DNA of 64,000 bases from Balanoglossus misakiensis. Its lineage: Eukaryota; Animalia; Hemichordata. The DNA is taken from contig CM082592.2 of NCBI GenBank assembly GCA_040954595.2, forward strand, positions 8,295,677 through 8,359,676. The letters run 5' to 3'. The notes under the pieces are model-generated. The model was not told the DNA's origin, made no database searches, and worked only from the letters and a program-made list of their open reading frames with translations. Positions within the stretch are counted from its first letter, which is position 1; every line of letters starts with the position of its first letter. Positions 14,521-27,218 of the stretch are shown piece by piece. The translations under genes and the position numbers were made by a program.

Positions 14521-16573
14521 ATTAATATGTAGTCAGACTCCAACGCTGTACCACGGCCTTTTCTACGTCAGACAGCATCGGTAGAGGCTTTTCCGGGAAT
14601 TTCAAAGAGAAGTTAAACACTCTCAGTTCCTCAGAACATTCACGACTTTCTACGAGTTCTTGTGATACGGTTGAAAATAAGTGCCATATAGAGACTTCGA
14701 TCCTGCTGGATTTCATTCGCTTGAGACATTTTTTTCCAAGAGACTCAGACTGATTTTTAATAATCAAATCACAGTTCCTTCACATATACTAGTATACTTA
14801 TATAGGCTTACCTGTAACTTACTGATGCATTTTATCTTGAAAGAAGTTTGGGGTCACACGGGGTTTACAGACTGGTTTACTTTGTTGTACGTGTTTCTAA
14901 AGGAAACTTTCAAAAGCTTTCCATGGTCGGGCCCAAGAATCAGAATCATAACTTTTTAAGAAAGACTTGCGGCACTGACATGTGACCCGGTTTCGATTTA
15001 CAACTCAGATTTTATTTTAAGTTGGCTAAAACCCGAAACTTGAAAAAAAAAAGACAGTCATGAATCATTGGAATTATTATGACTTTCTTTTGCGGAGTCA
15101 CGACTTGAAACTAACATATATGGTTCACAGATATGTCTATTACAGTCATGCACAGAGTGGATGGTCGGAGTCGCCACCATGTACAACAATAGTTTTGTGT
15201 TGTCTTGAGATGGTGGGCGGTTTACTATAAGAATTTGTAGGGATTGATATAAACCGGTGGAGGTACAGACTGGTCTGTAAAGTGCGTATGCAGCAGCGTT
15301 GGGTAAAATATTCATGCACATATAAAAGTTGGTCCGCAGGGAGAACACAATACCGGCGAATGTGATGATTGGACTCGTAGATTTCTCCAAGTCATGGTGA
15401 TGGTGAGATCGAAACTTTTTGCACATGCCATATTGCTCTAATTCTGAACTTCATTTAGCCAACCACTTACCTCTATTTCCCGTAACACCTGTTTATCAGT
15501 TTATGCATGACAGCCAATGGTTTATAAGTTCCGTGCATGTGTACGTGTTTGGTGCGTGTTGATTGGTTCTGAGTTCGGAGAACTTCACTCATTGTACATG
15601 TTGTATAAGTAAACTTACCTCGTCGCGAAAATTTGATTTCCATACAACTGAACTCGAATTCAGAAGGCATCGATCACCAAGCTGTCCATCAGGAACTTCG
15701 ATGATACGTTGGCTGTAAACGGGAGCCCACGAGCACGGTTCGGTTTAGGCCTACGCCTGTACGGTGCCTTATCTCCAACTTTCCCGGCGCTCGCGCTTTA
15801 TCGACAGTGGTGGTCGTCAGTCCAGACTTCACCTGCCGACACTGACTGTCGATCACCATTCTTCTCAATACGATGTACACATGTACTCATGTTCACTTCA
15901 ACTGAGTTGTAAGGGGAATGTGGCAGTCCAGTGCATCAGAAAGCGGTGTGTGTGGAAGACATCAAAGCGGCAGGCAGAGGTATCGGGATGTGTGGTGCGC
16001 CCTCTACGCTTATCCTCTGCACCAGGACAAGGGGTTGAATTCAAGATCATCGCAAGTTTCAAAGAAGTTACAATTATTTGATTTCTTTACCTGTACACAA
16101 ATCATTGGTTAATTACTGGGTTAGGTTTACTACTACTTTGTCCCGAGAAAAAGTTAGAATTTGATATTTTCAGCGTGAATACCCAGGTTGAAGATGTCTG
16201 CTACAAAACTTTGACAAAACTTTCGTCATATATTTCAACGTAATTTATTATCTCAAATAAAAGTGTGCGAGCAAGTGATGATTTAACCAGTCGACGTCGG
16301 GTAGTTTCACTTGGTGCAAACAACCAACAACACAGATCTAGATGCCGCCATATCCAAATCTAGGGGAACGATCGCCGCGCAATGTTGACTCTGAAAGAAA
16401 CGCATATAAATCAACAATGTTCAAAAGTGTTGAATTTTTCATCTGTGTATGAAGATTGTCCCTGATATCCGTATTCGCCGTTCACTACATTACAAAACCT
16501 AAATGAAGAAACAGCGTGAACGCGGTCATATCTTGATACAAGTGAATGCTCCTCAACCTACCGAACGTTTCTT

Positions 16574-18670
16574 TCAGAAAACGCCAGCTTCTATCTGTTC
16601 CAAGACACTGAGTTTGCGCACCTTCGTCGCCTTTTCTGCTCCGTGGGCGCACAGATCACCGATCTTATCACGGGCTCCGTCAAGATTACTACGGTTACCC
16701 AATACTCCATGAACTAGCTGCAATCGAACGGTTTAGAGTATACTTCAGTGATAATTATTTTGACATTCAAACGAAAACGATGTTGGACGCCTAGCTTTGT
16801 TACACCGTAATATCATAATTCGGGGACTTTGTTCTGGTCTGCGCAAGTTTCGGCCTAATATTTTTTTTAATATCTTACCTTGATATACTCATCAAAATCG
16901 ATGCCGTTTGAATGATCGTCGTCGATTGAATCAAAGTACACCTTTCGATCCTCCTCGGAGCTCTGGTCACCAAGTTCATCGAGCGCCCTACGTCTAAAAC
17001 AAAACAAGAAACACATTTTATTGTGTGACCCCGGACACACAAAATTGACACCCGGACTTTTTGCCACCCCCCCCCCCCCCCCCAAGATTGGAACTGTATG
17101 AACAGCGCCCTCTGTTGACAACATACGCGTTTAAATGATCAGCACGGTGGGTTGAAACCAGCTGATTATTGTACGTGCAAATTTGGCTTTTACTTCGTTG
17201 AACATGGCCGTGGAATTTCGGAGCGACATTCTGGCGCAGGAGCCTTATCACTCGACTATGCGGAAGTAGACTACGGTACTGGTGATAATGCACGTTGGCC
17301 GTGTCACTACCAAAGAAACACGTCATCGACGAATCATGTCTTACAGCGCGGCTGGGATCCATGTATATTAAAAGTAATGTATGTACAGTCTTCTCGCTCC
17401 GAAAGCACAGTAAAACTGGACAGAAAGTTCACTTACAGTTCTTCGTAATCTATAATTCCATCTTGATTTTGGTCAAAAGTGTTGAATTGTACGCATAAAT
17501 CCGCAATTTGAGATTCCGTCCAGTTGTACTTGTTGGAATATGCTGCATAGTCAATCGCTGAGAATAAAACAAAAAAAGGCAAACATTTGTATAATGCTGA
17601 GACTGTTAGCAGAATCTTCGTCACATGTTCTGTGAAAATAAAACCAAGATAGCCTTACTTTGAAGTTTCCGCTTCGCTTCGATCATCCGTTCCCTTTCGT
17701 CGACCAGGGAGCCGAAAAACTTCTTGGTAATCCGCTCAAAGTCAGTTATATCCGTGTGAAGTTCGAAATCTTTTCTCAACTGACCTGTAAACAAACAAAC
17801 AAACAAATAAAAAAAGAAAAGAAATAAACATAAAAAAGTCAGTTCATATTTTTTAAAAATATGAAAGTTCCGATAAAAATACAAGTTCCCTAGCCGGGAA
17901 TCGAACCCGGGCCTTGTGGGTGAAAGCCACATATCCTAGCCACTAGACCACTAGGGATACACAAGATAGTTTCGAAAACCAATGGTTATCATTTTTTTTT
18001 CATCCTTTCCCTTTGCAACTCAGCTGAGTATATGAACAGTTACTTTTAAGCAAACAAATATGTTATGGTATTATTTTTAAAAAATCAACTTTGACAGGGG
18101 AAGTTGTCTTCCTTAGAATTTGACATCTCGTTCGAAACAGGAACTCTCAGCGCTAAATAGGTTTTGACGCAACGGGATTTTGATAGAATATAAATGATAT
18201 ATCCAAGACGTAATTTCCAGGCCTTTTATGATTGCAGTTTTTGTTCAACAATGAGTGGTGCCGGAGAAGGAAGCCACCATTCAGCGCGTGCGGAAGTTTA
18301 GAGAACGCTCCGTCGTCAACAGCAACAGCAGGTGCAACGATGACTACACAACAAGACGACATTAAAAGAACCGCCTTCTTTAGATGCATCGATATGCACT
18401 GCAGCAGATCATATATAGACTATCCAGCAAAAGAGTTGAACATGTACTTGTACCGCTAACCACTGGAGAAAACAACATGCAATATCTTATCACGGACCAG
18501 ATATTACTAGTATTGTCTTTGATCAGCCGCGAAACCTTAGTCATCCTTCAAATAAATCTGTCGATTATTATCCATGGGGCGTAAAAAAACTCACCTGATG
18601 GGGTGAAACTTTCCGCTTCTACGTAGTTGATTGGGGTGAGTTGTAAAGGAAAACTTGGTTTTACTCCCAT
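16574..18670 (-). CDS. Two-EF-hand calcium-binding protein, about 193 aa, possibly N-myristoylated; exons 18595-18670, 17659-17784, 17437-17557, 16879-16993, 16574-16717
   Basis: Five GT-AG exons join in frame (582 nt): MGVKPSFPLQ...FNTFDQNQDGIIDYEELRRALDELGD...YFDSIDDDHSNGIDFDEYIKLV...LEQIEAGVF*. Two 12-residue EF loops end in Glu, and MGxxxS fits the myristoylation consensus. Confidence 0.85.
17886..17957 (-). tRNA. trnE-UUC: tRNA-Glu (anticodon TTC), in intron 1 of the EF-hand gene
   Basis: Minus strand TCCCTAGTGGTCTAGTGGCTAGGATATGTGGCTTTCACCCACAAGGCCCGGGTTCGATTCCCGGCTAGGGAA: 72-nt cloverleaf, acceptor stem TCCCTAG/CTAGGGA, GGTTCGATTCC B-box, oligo-T terminator just downstream. Confidence 0.96.
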
Positions 18671-19314
18671 GTCGGAGTGTCAACAAGCACCTGGGAAGTT
18701 CGTCTACATTTGAACGGAGTCTAAGATATGAAAGAAGCAGCGACGGGGCAAGACGTCAGTACTGGAAAGCTAAAAAAGAACGCGTTTATTGAAGGTATAC
18801 TCTCGCAGTGACAATGGACACGAGTGACGTCACAGATTCGATAGCTGTGATTGGTAGGTTCTGTATCTCCGTGTGAAACCCGAATTCTTTCCTCGTAAAC
18901 CGCAAAGCTGGGGTTTGGTCTTCGTTATAATTAGCCTGAAAGCTGTTCCTATTATCACAAGTCTTGTGTAAAGACACAATGCGCGGCAATCCGTCACTGG
19001 GTACATTGTACGTGCAAGTGACGCGACTTGCGAGACCCTGGCACCGGAGAACGTTACTCACGTAAGCGCCCTCAACGGTAAAACTGAGAAGTCATAGGTG
19101 CTTGTTTCTCCTTAGCAGGAGTTTATAGGGGGCTCGCTCTGACCATACGAAAAAAAATCGAAATGAGTGTTAGCCCCAGGATCAAATAAACAATTTTGAC
19201 ACCCCGTCGCATATACTAATGCATATTTCACGGCAAGACAGAGACTAAAAAATTCTTTATTGTAATGCGCAAAACTGAAAATTCTTTGTGTTGCTCAGTA
19301 AAAAATATAACTTA

Positions 19315-19386
19315 TTCCCTAGCCGGGAATCGAACCCGGGCCTTGTGGGTGAAAGCCACATATCCTAGCCACTAGACCACTAGGGA
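19315..19386 (-). tRNA. trnE-UUC: tRNA-Glu (anticodon TTC), second identical copy
   Basis: Sequence identical to 17886-17957. A T6 run follows on the minus strand at about 19300-19305. Confidence 0.96.
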
Positions 19387-22300
19387 TCAGATACTCGAGT
19401 ACGGCGTTCACGGGATTTAGATCACCACCAATTAATTAAACGCTTGTCACGGCTTGATGACCTAACCGTTACAGAAAATGTTGTTGCAAGCCGAGGACAA
19501 AAAGTATATGATTGCAACAACTTCATTTGCGTGTTTTTGTTACTCAAATAAAAAAAAATTATATCAAGTTGTTGAATGATCACTTTTTAATCCACTTAAG
19601 AAGTCGTAAAGCAACCCTTTAAGTTGATTAAATTTACAATAAATTATACACTTATCGTATGTTTTATGTGTTTTATGGCGCGATTAGATTGCCTCATGTC
19701 ACGACGTCTTACCATCATGACGAATTAACTGAAAATAATTGCATGGCAATCATTTCAGGAATGAACAATGAATCTGGTTTTGAATGAACGTGCATTTACT
19801 AGTGACGAAAGTTTGATACTAGATTTCACTGACATCACGCACTTCTATAAACCGCGCGCGGCCTTCCAGTCGAAGACGAACGACGCATACCCACGTTACC
19901 AGGAAATCCCGTGATAAATCAAAGAAATCGTTTCGTTGCGTGGGGGAAAACTTTCAGCTGAGGCAGCATCAACGTCAAGTAGATTCTCGGACGGATAAAA
20001 TCAAAATGGCCTATATGAACAGCTCCGCAATATTCGTAAAATCGTTATTAAACATCATTAGTGAAACCACTTGGCAATAATAATCCCAGTTAAAATTTGT
20101 CCCATAAATTAAAAGGATGACGTATTTTAGTTATTTTTGTTTGCTTCTTAAGATATAATTTGTTATATTGAAACGTGCTGATATGTTTCTGATATGTTTG
20201 GGGTGGAAACTTACTTTTTGAAGTGCCGCGTCAACTGTCATAGTAGACTGGTAGTTCAGTATCGATCATCACAAATTGGACAAAGCGCCCACTTGGCCAC
20301 CTATTAAAAAATAACACAAGATATTCAAATCAAGCGATTGTTTGGAATGTATCGATCCACTTCTAATTGGAAAGATGTGATTATCTCACTCCGAGTGCAT
20401 GGGGACTTGAAGATCACTTAATCGATGTCCTTCCCACCGCGACGGATTCTCTCGTAATTCCCGCAATCAATCACAGTGACTGCGCATGCTCGAAAAATAC
20501 GGCCAATATTCAGAGTCCATTCATTGGAGGCGTGTATCACAGAGATTTCCCCACACACACATAGCTCTGGCAACCACAACACACGTTTGTGTCCGACGTC
20601 AGGGGAACTCTATAAGACTGGCCGCTCTACGGAAGACCTGGGTTGAGACGCTGAATTTTGGCTGTGATAACGAGCGGGGCAATTGACTGTAAGTGATATT
20701 TTCATACTCACTCTTCTTGCGCTGCTGGTTTCTTTGACTACTAGACGCGATGTCAACAAGTTGTGAGTTTACGGTGACTGACCGCAATCCCGGTAAACTA
20801 TCGACGACAAATCAAAGATATAACGCCTTTGTATTTTCAGTGTCATGATCGTTTTGCATGTGGACGTTTTGCACCAGAGTCCGTGCACCTTGATCTCACG
20901 TAGGACGTTCTACCCCACCCCATTCCCGTCCTTCGCGAACCGTTAAAATAACATTTACCAACAAAGTCACAAAAGGGTCGATCAGCTTGTTGATTGGGTT
21001 AATAATCGAACCTGTTGCTGATATTATATTCTGATATCAATTATCCCATGTTGAATGACCAGGTGAGAGTGGCCACCGTTGCAAGACCAAACATAACCAG
21101 TCTGCCATCGAAAAAGATATGTAATACAAAGATTACGCGACATGTGTAACTTCACAATCTATAATTTATCTCTTACGTAAAGCAAGACCCCGGCAAAACG
21201 GAACAACACGATCGCCGGCGGGAATTTTCATTCAAGAGCTGTAAAGACGAGTTTTCAAAACATCGCTGTAGTTTGTAATCCCTTCCGAGTCCTTTGTACG
21301 CCTCTTGAGAAAACACCGTCTCCTTGTAAACATCTTTCTGAGACGATCAGAAACTACCGCTACCAAAGACAATCCACCGTTGATCACTAAGGCAAGTTTG
21401 CCATCAACGCTAAGCCAATCGGCCATTCATTGCCCATCCGCGTCCTTCGGGATATTACTGTAAAAAGTGGGTGGGCTCCATTTTGACACTTGTAGACCAA
21501 ATCCATAACCATCAGCACTCCCATACTAATTGCCCAGTTAAATAGCTGTTAGACATGGCTATTTCCAAGACCATGTATTACGTGGGATAAAATAATATAC
21601 CCGTGTGAAAGTGTTTCCAAGGCAGGAATGTTTAATTCACGTCTCTGAATTTTTTGTTAAAAGAAACCATAGCGTTGTAGAAGGTTAACACACACACATG
21701 AGTATAATATTTAAAGACAGTCGATCTCAACTGAAGAAGGCACTATCTACGATGATACCTATCACAGAAGGGCTCACCAAATTACTGTTTGTATATTGTT
21801 ACGATTCCATTGTTCCCCGCGCTACCGTCGTCTAGTACGTGGCGATGTCCACAAAGGCGGATCAATGGACAAATAGTTTCAAAGTGGTGGGCTAGTTCTC
21901 AATGGACCAAGTACACAATCCAAACAGTCGATCGATGGTCGTCGCCTCGCGTTTCAATTGCCGTTAAGCCAATCGATCGATTTCCACGGGATGTATGGCA
22001 CAAGGACTTGAACGTAGAAACTGGGGAATGCACAAGGCATGTATAGGATACTATAGGGGTAGAACAAAATTGCCAAAGCTGTAGTGAGCATTTTATTCTT
22101 TTCAGTTCTGAGGCAGTCTCAGGCCTAATGATCGTATAATTGTAAGTAAACATGCCGATTCAGTCCTTAATTTTGAACGTGGGAGGCACTGTGTTGTCTA
22201 AATCTACAGTTCAAGCCGTGAAACTCTTGTAGAGATGTATAAGAAAATGTCTGGCCATTATTTGAGCTTGCTATGTTCAAGGGTAAAACGCGATGTGAAA

Positions 22301-24159
22301 GTCTAACAAAAGTATTACGAACAACTATATTGCATATTAATTGACAACGTCGCACTCCAGGTAGAGAAATATAACAAAATTATTTTAAAACGTTGACTTT
22401 TCGGCAACACTGCATTTTTTGCCAAGTGCTCTATATATACGGTTGTGACAAATTACAAAGTCACTCCGGCAATTAAAACACGCGGCCTGCCTTGACCTGC
22501 ATATGCAACCGATAAAATCTATTTTCAAGTGGGCCCGTAAAAACCAAACAGCGTACTTGTTTTGACGGTCATATTTGTACACAGACCCTGGCAAAGATAA
22601 CGGCGCAAACGCTGGAAAAATACACCGTAAGAGATAAGAGGTCAGTTTATTAAAAATCAGACACGATGACCGGCAAACTTCATTCCGTGTACAGCGAATC
22701 GAGTCTGTGAAATTGTCCACCACAGATGTCATTCAGGCGTCATAGCCGGCCAAATATGTCGTGTAGTTCGCGATTTAACTAACACATACATGCAAAGTGT
22801 CCACACGTAAGAAATCGATAATAACATTCTCATTCAATCTAGTAATGTTTATATAACTACTTTATTCGCGCTGAATACAATGTCAGAGCTACTGGGCATT
22901 ATCGTTTTCCAACAAACCGTTGTCAAATCGCTTAGACTACATTACGCGCACGGACAGTGGTCACTTTTTCTGTCGGATTCATTGTCCATGTTAATCCGTT
23001 CTGTAATATGTATGACTGTGGGTTAAATTTTATTTGTTTGCTTGCTGGTCAGTTGGTTGCCACGAACTCTTCTTACTTATTCATTTGTTTGGTGATCTAT
23101 CATTTATGTCGCGTACACGAGTTCATTAAATTTGTAAATATTTTAATTTTTTAACGAAACTCCCAGGGGTTTGAATTCACAGGGCCCTTTCAATACGTTG
23201 GTATGGGTTAAGCCATAGACCCTGGGTTAGTGTATGCTATGAGACAAATAGCCTAAGAGTACATTGAAGAGCGAATTTGAAGTTTGGTCCCAAAGTACAC
23301 GTACACTCCGAGAGTATACAAAATGTATACACGAGCGCTCTGACGTGTATATCGTTGCCAAGCACCACGCGAAGTGGACGCTCGATCACGTGACAGAACA
23401 AACTGTAAACTATGGAGTGAAAACTTTGAGATACAGATCGCATAAACCCACCACTCGAAGATTTGAACAATGGCCAGGATCGTCAAGAGAACAGCTGTCC
23501 TACTTTACATTGGCAGCAGCGGTGGCGTTTAAAACTTTGTAAATGACGTAGATAGGTTGAGGACAATAATGTCGATCAGCACACGTGTTGCAAAGTTGAC
23601 GAAATGTTGAATTACGTCATCACAACAATTGAGAGTATCATCAGGTAATCTGCATACCAGGTGGCGGTGACACTTTTTGGCAAATGTCCAGTCACAATGA
23701 GGTGGAAAAAGTCGAACAAAATCGGGGATACGACTTAGCAATGAACTACTAGATATATAGAATACTATTGAAGATTTTAACATCATCAGCAAAAAAAATT
23801 CGTTTTCTAAATTGATATTTATTTTAATTGTCAAACGATCTCTTTGACTGCAATTCAACTTTTACAAAACACATTTAGTATAAGAGTAAATCATACGGGT
23901 TGGAAGTAAGCTTCTGTTCCGATTGCCAACTTTTAGTACCTTTTCTGCGAGTTCATCCGACAGTGTCATTTCATAATGATGCCGAAGTTGACTCGAAGCA
24001 AAAACCAATCACAGACTTTCTGTGTGGTACTCCAACTGGCTGTCAATGATACACTTGTGTCGATTGGCCGAAAACCCCGCCGGTATCAGCCGCTCTTTGT
24101 GCAAGTTGCACTGTCCAATAAAAATTTGGTTACCTGGTCTACATATTTAATAAACTGAC

Positions 24160-25650
24160 CTACTGACCGAAAAACTTCGCCTTTTGAAGATGGAAAATTT
24201 TCAGCGCTTCGTCATAAATACGGAGATCATAGTACAACGATTGGTAAACGTTCCGATCGGCCATGAGTTGATTTTTCAAGAGAATTCTCTCATTTCTGTT
24301 GGCCTGACTGCGTTTCTCTTCATACGGGTTTCTTTTCCAAGCGGCGCATTTCTGGAAAGGGACGCCAAACGCTTGTTCCAGCATCTCCAGGCTCAGTGTG
24401 TATTCTTCGAAAAGTCCGATAACGCTGAACCAGTTCTCCAGATTTTCCAGGATGTACTCGAGGAGTTTGTCTTTCTCCTCTTTCGAGAGGTAGTAATCCA
24501 TGAATGCCTTGTGTCGATACCAGCAGAAGGCGCGACGGGACATATCAATTTTATCGGCCGCGCCTACCGCTGCCAGGGCGTCGTTCACCTTCTTCACGTT
24601 GTCCGGTCGGTCGGAGCAGATGTGGTGATTGTACAGAAAGTGCGCGAAAACGTGGCTGCCAAGAGCCCGGGCATACTCCACCACCGAGGTGCTTCCGAAG
24701 TCCCACAGATTACAGATGCGTTCTTTGGCGTTCTTGTCCCCCCGACAAAAATCGTACAGCGAGACGACCCGCTCGTAGGGCTCCCGCAGGACCGTGTAGT
24801 ACGCGCACGGCTTGTGGCCGTGCGACAGCTCGCACACGCCGAACGTGGCCTCGCCGTAGTAGAACTTCCCCAGCGAGGTGGACGGCTCGGCGTGGCTGCG
24901 GTAAAACTGGACCACCACGTCGTCGTATACGACTTCCGGCGGCGACGGCGCGTAGGGCAGCGACTGTTGCACCAGTCTGACGCAGCCTTTCATGGTCACC
25001 GATGCTTTCTGACCGTGAACAAACACCAGGGTGGTGTCCTGGTCAATCAGTTGCTTCTCGCTTTCTGATGCCTTGGTGTAGTAGTTTGGAATGTAAGATC
25101 TCAACTTCACCAGCGGGTAATTTGTCACAGGGGGCCCTGGTACTTCTCCCTCAAGTCCTTTTGGTTGTTCATCCTCATCTTCTTTCTCGGTCAAGCTTGG
25201 ACACTTGCATTCAACTGGTTTACATGCGGTTTCGGTTTTAGTTTCGGGTTCGGTTTCAATTTCGGGTTCAGGTTCGGGTCTCTTCGGCGCTTCTGTCATG
25301 GGAGCATCCCTGGGGGATACGGAACGAGAGTTGAAAATGACTCAGTAACGAATCACATCTTTCCAAGTACCTTGTATGCACCAGGTTGCAAATTGATTTC
25401 TGGCCAATCAGAACACCTTAACGAATAAATGAATTCAGAAGACACATTCGCGACCACGATTTCGTTGAAAATGGAACCCTGTCAAAGCATACCTTTTCGC
25501 GATTTCTGCATGTAACGGTTCATCACCCTCAGAGCGCATGTGCCCCACGGCAACGAATGACCAATAGCTAACCAATGTGAAGACCCACGCAGTCATTACC
25601 GTCCAGAACAAGATTCTCCGTAACTTCCGGATCATTCTGTGAGCCACCAT
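24160..25650 (-). CDS. Golgi type-II membrane sulfotransferase-like protein (heparan sulfate O-sulfotransferase / Gal3ST-related fold), about 435 aa; exons 25493-25650, 24160-25309
   Basis: Basic N-tail plus TM (MIRKLRRILFWTVMTAWVFTLVSYW), Pro/Glu/Thr stem, 5'-PSB-like VFVHGQKASVT, 3'-PB YTVLREPYERVVSLY, and downstream FSVIGLFEEY and YDLRIYDEA motifs. The phase-2 GT-AG intron joins in frame. Confidence 0.85.
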
Positions 25651-26472
25651 GGGGGAGGGGAAGTTAGAACTGAAATGATACGATCATTATAGCCAGTGGT
25701 CATCAGTTACGTAACGTAATTACGCGAAGCCATGTCCTCACGGTCTCTCCTTGCTCTCACACACTCACACGCCGTAGCCTGTCCCAAAACAATCCAAAAA
25801 CCTCAACCACACCTAACAATCGAACCATTATTTACCTTTAAATTCGAGTCAGCTCGTCGAAGAGCCGGAATCGTCGACGGAAACGGCGCTGTCGTCTACC
25901 ACGCCCGTAATTGCCGACCGAACTACCGAGTGGACACGCTGTGTGCAAATAGCGTTAGGTAAAAAGTAGTGCGACCTGTTAGCTGTCAGCCAATCGGGTA
26001 TGCGAAAACAGTACCTGAACAGGTGGTCAAATATTGCCTGGCCAGTGGACGTCATGGGCCGGAGGGATAAAATACCCACAAACCTTAGTCAGGGTTCTAG
26101 AGACACAAATGTGGCGCAGTGCAAGCGAGGGGAAGAAAGGTGTCGCAATGTTGTTCAGACACCTATGCCTTCCTGTACAAATCTATAGTATACACAATGT
26201 ACATGTATGTAGTGAACCATGGGTAGTTACTACTGTATTCGCTCGTTACGCAACCCTGGAATTCGCATTGATATAGTACATATAATCCTTACACTTCGAT
26301 TCAATACGGGGGTACGCTATCACTCAATACTCTCTCTGAGTGATCAAGTTATTCCGGACATTGATGTACACACATACACGTGAGCGACAGCTAGGTCTAT
26401 AATGAAATGATGATATGAGTAAAGATATGATTTTCATTATTTTACGTTGAATGTGACGTAAAAAGTTGTTGT

Positions 26473-26584
26473 TTCATTCATTCATTCATTCATTCATTCA
26501 TTCATTCATTCATTCATTCATTCATTCATTCATTCATTCATTCATTCATTCATTCATTCATTCATTCATTCATTCATTCATTCA
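26473..26584. repeat. (TTCA)28 microsatellite
   Basis: Perfect tetranucleotide run of 112 bp. Confidence 0.97.
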
Positions 26585-27218
26585 TCCACCGACCCATGGC
26601 CAGCCCATGGTATGTACCACAACAAACGATGTCAGGATCGAAGTATATTCACCAAATGTCTGTCAACAAGGTGACGGCATACGCCAACGTTTCAATACGT
26701 TTCACCTCGCTGTAGGAAAACATAAACTCACACCAGGGGCCACACGAAAGAAAAACGACCAAAAGTGTGGCAGTATTCCCCTTTGTTTGTTTACTAGTAT
26801 TTGTGTGCTTGCATGCTTGCTTGCTTGGTCGCTGGTTGTTTGGTTGTTACGAAACAGCTAAATTGATGTAGAGCCGTGAGATAAGCCATTTAATGGAGTA
26901 CCGCGTAAGTGTAATCTCCATTAAAACCCTCTATTGTAATCAAAGCAAACGATAGTGGAACAGTGCACAGACCAGTCCCAACATCTGATAATTGACCGAC
27001 TCGTCCTTTATCTTCCTGCAGTGATTTGAATAAAGGTGATTGGACACGGCCAACCGAGCCCTAGTGACGCGTGGTTGATGACAAGCCGGGGCGTACATCG
27101 GCGAGTCACACTCACTGCACTATAGGACATAAACCGATCGGTGGGGCGCCATTGTCGGAGCTGGCGTCGACTGGAATGCTCTATACGTGAGAGATCCTGC
27201 CGGCGACGGAAGCGCACG

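Noticed and set aside
17064-17083. Poly-C/poly-G tracts (also 1009-1022 and 54381-54393)
   Set aside because: Simple homopolymers common in such genomes and error-prone in assembly.
24184-25068. 294-aa plus-strand ORF and nested 158-aa ORF
   Set aside because: Antisense shadows of the GC-rich sulfotransferase exon; no recognisable motifs.
26466-26861. ORF with HSFI repeats
   Set aside because: Translation of the (TTCA)n microsatellite.
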